A stretch of 64,000 nt of DNA from contig DJJA01000003.1 of NCBI GenBank assembly GCA_002433895.1, positions 107,185-171,184 on the forward strand, given 5' to 3'. Positions 29,831 through 38,388 of the stretch are shown piece after piece. The notes beneath the pieces were generated by a model that was not told where the DNA came from, made no database searches, and saw only the letters and a list, made by a program, of their open reading frames with translations. The position numbers and the translations under genes were made by a program. This DNA comes from Candidatus Gottesmanbacteria bacterium UBA6580. Lineage in GTDB: Bacteria > Patescibacteriota > Microgenomatia > UBA10105 > UBA927. The first letter of the stretch is position 1. Every line of letters starts with the position of its first letter.

Positions 29831-30966
29831 AAATTTTTGTAAACGGCGCCGCCACAACGCAGTTCGGTGAATTATGGGGCGTATCGCCCCGGTCACTGGC
29901 ACGCGGGTCTGTCTCGAGTGCGTTAAAAGATGCCCGTATTGAGAGCGCCCAGGTGGAGGCGTTGTTTGTGGGCAACATGCTTTCCGGAATGCTTGGTGGT
30001 CAGGAACATTTGGGAGCGTTTTTTGCCGAGGAACTCGGGTTACCGGTCCCGGCATTTAAAGTAGAAGGAGCTTGTGCATCAGGAGGGTTAGCACTTCATA
30101 ATGCGGTCAACAGTTTGCTTTCAGGCCAATACGCTACTGTGGTGGTATTGGGGATAGAAAAAATGACCGACCATAAACCGGAGGATGTAGCAACGGCGCT
30201 GATGGGAGCGGGGAGTGAGGAGGAGCGAAACGCCGGAGCGACGTTCCCGGGGCTATACGCCATTTTAGCCCGTATGCATATGAATGAATTTGGCACGACC
30301 GAGGAGCAGTTAGCAGCAGTCGCGGTCAAAAATCATTACCACGCAAGCTTAAATCCTAACGCCCAGTTTCATAATCTGCTTACCGTGGAGCAGGTAATGA
30401 GAAGCAGTAGGGTAGCAGATCCACTGAAGTTATTGGATTGCTCTCCAATTTCGGATGGCGCCGCCGCGGTGGTGTTGAGCACAAAAAACATAAAAGGCAG
30501 CGTTGAGGTTGCCGCGTCGGTGGTTGCGACCGACACCCTGGGGCTCGCGCAACGAGCTCACCTAACGCAGCTTACCGCAACGCAGCGCGCAGCAGAAAAA
30601 GCGTACCGCATTGCCGGTCTCACCGCAGGCCAGGTAAGTGTGGCAGAGGTGCATGATTGTTTTACGGTAGCTGAAGTGTTAGCGATGGAAGACTTAGGAT
30701 TTTTTCCGCGGGGGAAAGCGGCAGCGGCGATCGAAAAAGGGGAGACGAGGCTGGGAACGTCAGCGGGTATTGTGGTAAATCCGTCCGGAGGACTGAAGGG
30801 GTGCGGACATCCCGTGGGAGCCACCGGAGTAAAACAGGTTGTCGAGCTTGTGGATCAGCTGCGCGGATCCGCGGGGAAGCGGCAGGTAGAGAACGCGACC
30901 ATCGGACTTGCACATAATGTCGGAGGAAGCGGGGCAACCGCTGTTGTACATATTCTTAAAAAATAA
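29827..30966 (+). CDS. Acetoacetyl-CoA thiolase, archaeal-type
   Basis: EGACASGG, DCSPISDGAAA, EVHDCFT, GHPVGATG, HNVGG. Confidence 0.93.
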   Translation: MKIFVNGAATTQFGELWGVSPRSLARGSVSSALKDARIESAQVEALFVGNMLSGMLGGQEHLGAFFAEELGLPVPAFKVEGACASGGLALHNAVNSLLSGQYATVVVLGIEKMTDHKPEDVATALMGAGSEEERNAGATFPGLYAILARMHMNEFGTTEEQLAAVAVKNHYHASLNPNAQFHNLLTVEQVMRSSRVADPLKLLDCSPISDGAAAVVLSTKNIKGSVEVAASVVATDTLGLAQRAHLTQLTATQRAAEKAYRIAGLTAGQVSVAEVHDCFTVAEVLAMEDLGFFPRGKAAAAIEKGETRLGTSAGIVVNPSGGLKGCGHPVGATGVKQVVELVDQLRGSAGKRQVENATIGLAHNVGGSGATAVVHILKK

Positions 30967-30967
30967 T

Positions 30968-31270
30968 ATGCAATCACCGGTTAAAATTTGGCGGAACCAA
31001 AAAAATATCGCGAGCCTCGTGGGAAAAACGGGGAAGATATTGTCCTGGACAATTGTCCGTGTGCCGCCCGGGGATTTCACCGACCAGGCGCCGTATCCGG
31101 TGGTACTCGTCGAGTTGGAGAGCGGCAAACGGGTGACGTGTCAGCTGGTTGATTATGATGACGCCCATTTGACGTTTGGGCAGAGGGTGGTGACGATTAT
31201 CCGGCGCGTGACGCACCCTGATCCTGACGGCGTTATTCCCTACGGCATTAAAGCTAAACCATTGGTATGA
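30968..31270 (+). CDS. DUF35 OB-fold scaffold protein lacking the zinc ribbon
   Basis: GKILSWT..P..F...APY, VTCQLVD, GVIPYG; follows thiolase. Confidence 0.85.
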   Translation: MQSPVKIWRNQKNIASLVGKTGKILSWTIVRVPPGDFTDQAPYPVVLVELESGKRVTCQLVDYDDAHLTFGQRVVTIIRRVTHPDPDGVIPYGIKAKPLV

Positions 31271-32217
31271 AAAAAGTAACCGTATCTGCTCCTGGCAAGC
31301 TTCATCTATCGGGCGAGCACGCCGTTGTGTATGGTAAACCGGCGTTAGTTGTTGCTACGTCGTTGCGGTTATACACCACATTAGAAACAGGAGCCGGTGC
31401 CACGTTGCTCCGTAAGATGCGCAAAAACGACCGGTATATCGAAGCCATATCGGCAGCGTTTGAAAAAAAATATGGAGCGTCAATTAAGGATGATGTGGGT
31501 ATCACGATTACTTCTTCAATCCCTATAGGAAGCGGCATGGGGTCATCGTCTGCGCTCGCGGTGTCTTTGTCGGGCGCGCTTTGTGTGTGGCATGGTATGC
31601 CGTGGAACCCTCAAGCCGTAAACGATATTGCGTACCAGGCAGAAAAGACAATATACAAAGGCAGTTCCGGAAGTGATCCTGCTGTCTCTACCCACGGCGG
31701 CATCCTATGGTATAGGAAAGAACTGGAGTTCTTGAAAACCCTGTGGCTGTTGCCCTTTAAAATTCCCAAAACATTTGCGCCGTTTGTGCTTATTAATACC
31801 GGAAGAAAAGAAAGCACGGGCGATTTAGTGGCGCACGTTGGTGAGGGAAAAAAGAGAGATGAGAAGAAATTTGCCGTCCTTTTGGACGCAGTGGAAAAGG
31901 TGACAAAACAAACCGCGCAATCAATTCACGATGAAGACGAGAAGGGTTTCCGCCGGTCAATTTCGGAAAATGAACAGTATCTCGAGGAAATGGGCATCGT
32001 GTCCGCACCTGTCCGGGCGTTTATCCGGGCGGTTGAGGAAGCAGGAGGGGTTGCAAAAATCAGCGGCGCCGGAGGGATACAAACAGGCTCCGGGGTGGTG
32101 GTCGCTATCCACGATACGGCACAGAAAATTATTGCTCTGGCAAAAAAGAGAAAATACGAGACATTCCAGGTGGTATTGGGCGGAGAGGGTGTAAAAATGG
32201 AGCAAGCAACAGCATGA
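31267..32217 (+). CDS. mvk: Mevalonate kinase (GHMP family)
   Basis: APGKLHLSGEHAVVYG, PIGSGMGSSSA, SGSD, KISGAGG. Confidence 0.82.
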   Translation: MKKVTVSAPGKLHLSGEHAVVYGKPALVVATSLRLYTTLETGAGATLLRKMRKNDRYIEAISAAFEKKYGASIKDDVGITITSSIPIGSGMGSSSALAVSLSGALCVWHGMPWNPQAVNDIAYQAEKTIYKGSSGSDPAVSTHGGILWYRKELEFLKTLWLLPFKIPKTFAPFVLINTGRKESTGDLVAHVGEGKKRDEKKFAVLLDAVEKVTKQTAQSIHDEDEKGFRRSISENEQYLEEMGIVSAPVRAFIRAVEEAGGVAKISGAGGIQTGSGVVVAIHDTAQKIIALAKKRKYETFQVVLGGEGVKMEQATA

Positions 32218-33134
32218 AAAACGTAACCGTTACAGCGCCCGGCAAGCTGTTGTTGATGGGTGACCACGCAGTGGTATACGGCCGTCCATGCTTGGTCACC
32301 GCAGTAAGTGAGCGTATGAGCGTGTGTGTTGAGCAGTCTCCCGACGGGCAACTTCATTTTGACATGCCGGAACATGTGGATACCCGGTTTGTAAGCAGGG
32401 CGCTCGAGACGGCAAGAGCCCACTGGCGTTTACCCATTTCCGATATCACTATCCGTACGGCGAGCCAGTTTTCCGGCAATGTCGGTTTGGGTTCGTCCGC
32501 CGCCGTAACTGTGGGGATGATTGCCGCATTACGTGAGTATTTGGGGAAAAAAGACAGTCTTAAAACATTGTTCACGCTTTCTTACCGGACTATTTTGGAT
32601 GTTCAGGGAAAGGGATCGGGTTTTGATGCCGCAGCAGCGCTTTTTGGCGGAACGTTATATTTTGTGACCGCAGGAAAAACAATTGAACCATTGTCCGTCA
32701 ATAATATGCGGCTAATTGTCGGGTTTACCGGGGTCAAGGCAGATACCGTGACACTTGTGCGGGAGGTAGAAGAAAAAATGAAAGCGCAACCCGAGCGCGT
32801 TAATAGAATATACGACGCGATAGCAAAGCTTGTCGAAGAAGCGAAACCAAAGATGGTAGAAGGAGATTGGGAACGGGTGGGTAAACTTATGGATTTTAAT
32901 CAGGAATACTTGCGGGATCTGGGAGTAAGCTCTGAAAAACTAGAATCGCTGATCGCGGCTTCCAAAAAAGCGGGCGCATGGGGCGCGAAATTGTCAGGAG
33001 CGGGAGGCGGGGATTGCATGATTGCGCTTGTTTCTGACGATAAGCAGCCGGCAGTACAAGAAGCAATTACACAAGCTGGTGGACAAGTTATCCACATTTC
33101 ACCAAATGCGCAGGGAGCGAGGATTGAGCCATGA
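32214..33134 (+). CDS. Second GHMP kinase, probable phosphomevalonate kinase
   Basis: APGKLLLMGDHAVV, GLGSSAA, VQGKGSGFD, KLSGAGGGDC; sits between mvk and mvaD. Confidence 0.7.
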   Translation: MKNVTVTAPGKLLLMGDHAVVYGRPCLVTAVSERMSVCVEQSPDGQLHFDMPEHVDTRFVSRALETARAHWRLPISDITIRTASQFSGNVGLGSSAAVTVGMIAALREYLGKKDSLKTLFTLSYRTILDVQGKGSGFDAAAALFGGTLYFVTAGKTIEPLSVNNMRLIVGFTGVKADTVTLVREVEEKMKAQPERVNRIYDAIAKLVEEAKPKMVEGDWERVGKLMDFNQEYLRDLGVSSEKLESLIAASKKAGAWGAKLSGAGGGDCMIALVSDDKQPAVQEAITQAGGQVIHISPNAQGARIEP

Positions 33135-34111
33135 AACAAACCGCCAAGGCACCGGCCAACATTGCGTTTATCAAATATTGGGGCAAATCTGATGCCGCTC
33201 TCCGGTTGCCGCTTAATGATTCCCTTTCCATGAATATGTCGGGAGCGTATACGGTTACCACCGTAGAGTTTTCCGTTGATTTTCATAAAGATGAGGTCGC
33301 GCTGCTCGGTGGGGAATTTTCGGACCACGAGGTGTTCCGCGTCATCGAAGGACTTAATAGGATCCGCGGGAGGGCAGGGGTAAAGCATTATGCGCGGGTG
33401 GTTACGAAAAACACCTTTCCCAAAGGTGCCGGATCTGCGGCCTCTGCTTCAGGATTTGCCGCGTTAACACTTGCGGGTTTTGCGTCGCTTGGATCACGCA
33501 TTCCGGAAAAAGAGCTCACGATATTTGCCAGGTTGGGAAGTGGGTCGGCATGCCGGAGTATACCGGACGGATTTGTCGTCTGGGAAAAGGGGAATGATAA
33601 CGAAACATCGTATGCACGCTCTCTTTTTCCATCAACGTATTGGGATATCCGTGATGTCCTTGTTATTGTGGATAAACGCATGAAAAAGGTGTCAACGACA
33701 GAGGGCATGGAAACGGTTACGACCAGCCCGCACCTTTCTTCGCGTCTTGCTGCGGTGCCACCACGTATGGCGGCTATACAACAGGCGATGAACGAGAAAA
33801 ATTTTGTCAGATTCGGAGAAATTACCGAGGAAGATTGCCTCGATATGCATCGGGTGATGCAGACACAGAATCCACCGCTTTTTTACTGGAATGAGGCGAC
33901 TGAACGCATCATGTCGGCGGTGAAGAGTTGGAGAAACGCGTCATTGCCCGTATACTTTACCATTGACGCGGGTCCCAACGTGCATTTGCTGTGCGAAGGG
34001 AAAGACGAAGCCCGGCTCCTTGAGATGATAAAGACGCTGCGGGGCGTTGAGGAGGTTATCTTGAATAAGCCGGCGGAAGGGGCGAAGATTATTAGCGAAC
34101 ACTTGTTTTAA
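33131..34111 (+). CDS. mvaD: Diphosphomevalonate decarboxylase
   Basis: NIAFIKYWGK, ARLGSGSACRS, FTIDAGPNVH. Confidence 0.95.
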   Translation: MKQTAKAPANIAFIKYWGKSDAALRLPLNDSLSMNMSGAYTVTTVEFSVDFHKDEVALLGGEFSDHEVFRVIEGLNRIRGRAGVKHYARVVTKNTFPKGAGSAASASGFAALTLAGFASLGSRIPEKELTIFARLGSGSACRSIPDGFVVWEKGNDNETSYARSLFPSTYWDIRDVLVIVDKRMKKVSTTEGMETVTTSPHLSSRLAAVPPRMAAIQQAMNEKNFVRFGEITEEDCLDMHRVMQTQNPPLFYWNEATERIMSAVKSWRNASLPVYFTIDAGPNVHLLCEGKDEARLLEMIKTLRGVEEVILNKPAEGAKIISEHLF

Positions 34112-34117
34112 CATGTT

Positions 34118-34801
34118 ATGAAATCAGGCAACATACCAGCGCATATCGCAATTATTATGGACGGTAACCGCAGGTGGGCACGTGAGCACAATTTGCAGGT
34201 GCTTGCAGGGCACCAGAAGGTTGCTGATGAGGTGTTGGAGCCGCTTGTCGAACATGCCGCGGCGAGAGGAGTGAAATACATTACTTTTTGGGCTTTTTCG
34301 ACTGAAAATTGGATGCGTGAGCCGAAGGAAGTAGAGGGGATTATGTCGATATTCCGTCACACTATCCGAAAACGCTGGCAGCGGTTGCACGAAAAAGGAG
34401 TCCGTGTTCGGGTGATCGGGGATATTTCTAAATTTGCGCCAGATATCAGGAAGGCGTTGGAAGATGTGATGCAGCAAACCGAACACAACACAAAAATTAC
34501 GGCAATATTCGCACTTAACTATGGCGGAAGGGATGAGTTGGTCCGCGCTGTCCGGCAATTTGCCGATTGTGGGCACGTGAGCGAACATGATATTTCTGAC
34601 GCGCTGGATACAAAGGGTATTCCCGATCCCGACCTTATCATCCGCACGAGCGGTGAGCAGCGGCTAAGCGGGTTTTTGCCTTGGCAGGGCGTATATAGCG
34701 AGCTATATTTTCCGTCGTGGCACATGCCGGACTTTACTCCGCAAAAGCTAGACAAAGCATTGGCAGAGTACGGCAAAAGGAAACGAAGATTCGGGAAGTG
34801 A
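34118..34801 (+). CDS. uppS: Undecaprenyl (cis-polyprenyl) diphosphate synthase
   Basis: HIAIIMDGNRRWA, AFSTENW, NYGGRDE, DLIIRTSGEQRLSGFL, RRFG. Confidence 0.96.
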   Translation: MKSGNIPAHIAIIMDGNRRWAREHNLQVLAGHQKVADEVLEPLVEHAAARGVKYITFWAFSTENWMREPKEVEGIMSIFRHTIRKRWQRLHEKGVRVRVIGDISKFAPDIRKALEDVMQQTEHNTKITAIFALNYGGRDELVRAVRQFADCGHVSEHDISDALDTKGIPDPDLIIRTSGEQRLSGFLPWQGVYSELYFPSWHMPDFTPQKLDKALAEYGKRKRRFGK

Positions 34802-34803
34802 TA

Positions 34804-35154
34804 TTACTGGAAGATTTGCCCGATGGAGGTTTCCCACCCCAAAACCACACCGAGGATCTGGACAATCCAAAATGCTCCAAAAATGAGGATAAATCCCACA
34901 ATGGAGTTGGTAAGCGTCATTCTGCCCTGTGCTAATTTTTTTGCATCTCCGGCACTCGTCATGATGGAAAATCCGCTGCTGATGATCATGAGAAGCAATC
35001 CTATTCCTGCTGCCGCAAAAATATAGGGGAGTGCCTGGCCGACGATGACGCCGATTGTGGCGTCGCCAAAATTAAAGTTAACCGGTCCTTCAATGGATAC
35101 ATTGGAGCCACCGTTTCCTTCGATATTAACTACTTGGGCAAGGAGTGTGCGCAT
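34804..35154 (-). CDS. VirB2/TrbC-like pilin 7
   Basis: SGFSIMTSAGDAKKLAQGRMTLTNSIVG. Confidence 0.82.
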   Translation of the reverse strand: MRTLLAQVVNIEGNGGSNVSIEGPVNFNFGDATIGVIVGQALPYIFAAAGIGLLLMIISSGFSIMTSAGDAKKLAQGRMTLTNSIVGFILIFGAFWIVQILGVVLGWETSIGQIFQ

Positions 35155-35156
35155 AG

Positions 35157-35630
35157 TTAGCCCCTGCTAAATCCTGGTAACTGTAATATATCGACTCCAA
35201 TAAGCCTGAGCAAGAATACGGAAAAAATGATAAGTAATAACCCCGAGATCGCTGCGGTCATGAGCTCCTTTGCTTCATGCAGTTTTTCCGGGTTTCCCGC
35301 GCTCGTAATGCGTTGAAAACCGGAAAATAGAATAAGCAGGAATGCGACACCTCCGCCCAGCCCTGTGCCGAGCCTGATAAATGATGCGATAAACGCGTTT
35401 GGGCTATCACCACCAAAACAACCAATTGCCGTCCACGCACCTCCGCCATCAAAACAGGATTTACATTCGCCGTTTTGTGTGGTCACCGACCGGCACGCCG
35501 CCTCTCCCAGGGACTGATCGACGACTGCTTCAGCATAGGCAACCCTCCCTGTACCGGAAAAAGCCGGGATTACGAGGAGAGATACCAGGCTCATAAAAAA
35601 TAAAAATAGCGATAGTACCGCCCGTTTCAT
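35157..35630 (-). CDS. VirB2/TrbC-like pilin 8 with signal peptide and Cys-containing N-terminal extension
   Basis: SGFQRITSAGNPEKLHEAKELMTAAISGL; C..CKSC..WTAIGC; start at ATG 35630. Confidence 0.8.
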   Translation of the reverse strand: MKRAVLSLFLFFMSLVSLLVIPAFSGTGRVAYAEAVVDQSLGEAACRSVTTQNGECKSCFDGGGAWTAIGCFGGDSPNAFIASFIRLGTGLGGGVAFLLILFSGFQRITSAGNPEKLHEAKELMTAAISGLLLIIFSVFLLRLIGVDILQLPGFSRG

Positions 35631-35712
35631 GCTTCTTAAGTGTAGCAAATTATGCGGTATAAGAAAAGACGAGGGGTAGAGTTTCATGGGTCTGGTACAA
35701 TGGAAAGACCTT

Positions 35713-37476
35713 ATGAAGTTTTCCCGTTTTTTCGTTGGTTTTCTGCTTGTGTTGATCACACTGTCCGTCCCTCTTGCCACGTATGCCCAAAGCTGCGACA
35801 CGTCTTGCGGAGATCCGGACGAGTGTTCGCGGAAAATTGCGAAATGTCAGGAAGAATGGAACGCCATGGAAAAGGCGAAAGCGCCGCATGTATCGGCGCT
35901 TAGTAAAATGGAGGCGGATATTCTCGCGTTCCAAAACCGGATAAAAGGTATAGAGGTGGATTTAGTGAAGAAAGCGTCGGCAATAGTTGAAGCAGAAAAA
36001 GAGCTGGCGTCAGTGCTCGCACTTGCCACGAGGCGTATCGCCGCACTCTACCGGAGAACACAAACGTATAACCCCCTGTTGCCATTTCTGACCTCAACCG
36101 ACGTGGGGGCGGTGCTTCGGGCGTTTACCTATCAGCACGTGGTGATTGATGAGGACAAAAAAAGTATTGCACAGACCGCGGTAGCCATCCGCGATCTAGA
36201 GGCCCGGAAGTCCAGCCTGGAAAAGGAGAGGAATACTCTGGGTTCTCTCAAAGAAGACTTGGACCGCCGCGCGATATCAGTCCGGAAATTAGTGGGCGAC
36301 GCCTCCGCTTACCAGACAAAGCTATCATCAGCTATTGCCGCACTGTCCGCTAAACAGCAATCATTTTTGGCGGCAAAACTTTCCGGTCTTAATCTGCCGT
36401 CCAGCTTAGGCGCCGGGCCGTTGTATTGTACGGACGACCGGAATTTAAACCCCGGATTTTCCCCGGCATTCGCATTTTTTACATATGGCATTCCGCACCG
36501 GGTTGGCATGAACCAGTATGGCGCGTTGGGGAGGGCAAACGATGGGCATGATTATGACAAAATATTGCGGGCATACTTTAACTTTGATGATTATCAGGAC
36601 AAAGGCAATATCACGATAAAAGTAAATAATGGCGGGGGAGTAAATCAGGGATCGGTGATCTGGTCGGGGAGCCTCGAGGAATATGTGAAAAGGATTTATG
36701 AAGTGCCTGCGAGCTGGCCAGCGGAAGCGCTGAAGGCGCAAGCAATAGCTGCCCGATCGTACGCGCTGTATTCTACTGACAATGGCAACAATTCAATATG
36801 TGCCACTCAAAGTTGCCAGGTATTTAAGACCGATCCCAAAGGCGGCGCGTGGGAACAGGCAGTAAATGACACGTCAGGAAAGGTGATGGTGCAGGGAGGC
36901 CAGGCAATTGCGGCATGGTTTTCGTCGACTGATGGAGGCTACACGTTCCAAAACAACGATGTGTGGGGAGGAAGCCACCGGTCGTGGACGAAGCGCACCC
37001 GCGACGTAAATGGGGACATTGCCAGCTTTTCGGATTTACAGAGCAAAGCATACGACCGCAGCTCCCCCTGTTTTTATGCGGCGCAGGGATACCGTAATGA
37101 ATACGGAAAAAGCGCGTGGCTCAAAAGCGAAGAGGTTGCTGATATCGCGAACGTAATTTTGCTGGCGCGTAAGGACAGCGGCACCAAGGAACATCTGTAT
37201 CAGCCGGACAAGCCTAATCCTGCGGGTACTGACACGTGGGATAGGGATAGGGTAAAGCAGGAGCTGAAGAACCGTGGAGGAACACCGTTTAGTTCTGTAT
37301 CGAGCGTGACCGTTTCAGGTGTTGATTGGGGGCTTGGGAGAACCACCGGTATCACCATAAGCGGAGACGCAGGAACGATGACATTTGAAGGCGTTGAATT
37401 TAAAGACTTTTTTAATCTTCGGGCGCCGGCAAACATCCAGATTGTCGGTCCATTGTTTAACATCGAGAAGAAGTAG
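35713..37476 (+). CDS. Secreted coiled-coil + SpoIID/LytB-domain peptidoglycan hydrolase
   Basis: Signal peptide (TYA-Q), long coiled coil, EVPASWPAEALKAQAIAARSYA, CATQSCQV, FSSTDGGYT. Confidence 0.85.
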   Translation: MKFSRFFVGFLLVLITLSVPLATYAQSCDTSCGDPDECSRKIAKCQEEWNAMEKAKAPHVSALSKMEADILAFQNRIKGIEVDLVKKASAIVEAEKELASVLALATRRIAALYRRTQTYNPLLPFLTSTDVGAVLRAFTYQHVVIDEDKKSIAQTAVAIRDLEARKSSLEKERNTLGSLKEDLDRRAISVRKLVGDASAYQTKLSSAIAALSAKQQSFLAAKLSGLNLPSSLGAGPLYCTDDRNLNPGFSPAFAFFTYGIPHRVGMNQYGALGRANDGHDYDKILRAYFNFDDYQDKGNITIKVNNGGGVNQGSVIWSGSLEEYVKRIYEVPASWPAEALKAQAIAARSYALYSTDNGNNSICATQSCQVFKTDPKGGAWEQAVNDTSGKVMVQGGQAIAAWFSSTDGGYTFQNNDVWGGSHRSWTKRTRDVNGDIASFSDLQSKAYDRSSPCFYAAQGYRNEYGKSAWLKSEEVADIANVILLARKDSGTKEHLYQPDKPNPAGTDTWDRDRVKQELKNRGGTPFSSVSSVTVSGVDWGLGRTTGITISGDAGTMTFEGVEFKDFFNLRAPANIQIVGPLFNIEKK

Positions 37477-37511
37477 CGGCACATATCGTTCATGGTGTAC
37501 AATACGTGCTG

Positions 37512-38141
37512 ATGCCCACTGTATTCGAAGAAAAGAAAAAAAGAAAAATCCTCCAAGACCCGTCCGTTGTTGAACGGACAATTATGACTCCGTTGACGAG
37601 CTTTGCGGTAAGTCCCGATGGCGTCCGTTTTGAAACACAGGAAGATCAAGAAGAGGTGGTGTTGTTTTTGCGTCAACACATCGTCGTGCTTTTAGGACCG
37701 TTTCTCCTCGTGGTATTCCTTGCTCTTGCTCCTGTTTCGTTTTTCCCCTTGTTATCCCGGCTTCTTGTGTTGCCTGTTACCATACCCCTCAACTACATCA
37801 TTGTTGGCACTGCTTTTTGGTATGTGGTCACGTTTGGCTTTGCACTCATGAGTTTTCTGCGGTGGTTTTTCAATATTTATATCGTTACCAATAGACGCAT
37901 CGTTGATATAGATTTTGTCCACCTGCTTTATAAGGAATTTTCCGAAGCGAGATTGGATAAAATTCAGGATATTACCTATAAAAGCAGCGGGATATTTTCC
38001 GTGTTTTTTGATTTTGGTGACGCATTTGTACAGACAGCGGGTGGAAATATTCCCAATATTGAATTTTTCACCGTCCCGTATCCTGCTAAAGTGGTAAAAA
38101 CCATTAGTGAGCTTTTAGAAAAGCAGAAATCATCATTATGA
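37512..38141 (+). CDS. Membrane protein with bacterial PH domain
   Basis: RQH, two TMs, YIVTNRRIVD, LDKIQD, FDFGD..VQTAG. Confidence 0.75.
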   Translation: MPTVFEEKKKRKILQDPSVVERTIMTPLTSFAVSPDGVRFETQEDQEEVVLFLRQHIVVLLGPFLLVVFLALAPVSFFPLLSRLLVLPVTIPLNYIIVGTAFWYVVTFGFALMSFLRWFFNIYIVTNRRIVDIDFVHLLYKEFSEARLDKIQDITYKSSGIFSVFFDFGDAFVQTAGGNIPNIEFFTVPYPAKVVKTISELLEKQKSSL

Positions 38142-38356
38142 GCCCGGATATTACCAATATCGCCTTTATTATTTTCAAATTTTTTGTCCTTTTTGGTTTT
38201 GGCCTCTATATCGTATTTGCCGCGGTCATATTCCGTCAGGAACAGTTGATGGCTAATGTGCTTGAAGAGTCATTTGAGCCGGTGCTACGATTTGCCGCCG
38301 GTTTACATTTTATCGCTGCTCTTGCTGTTTTTCTTCTCGCGCTTCTAATTCTCTGA
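38138..38356 (+). CDS. Small two-TM hypothetical protein
   Basis: 72 aa, two TMs, ATGA overlap with upstream gene. Confidence 0.7.
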   Translation: MSPDITNIAFIIFKFFVLFGFGLYIVFAAVIFRQEQLMANVLEESFEPVLRFAAGLHFIAALAVFLLALLIL

Positions 38357-38388
38357 CGATTTCGTGATACGATAGATTAGAGAACGAT

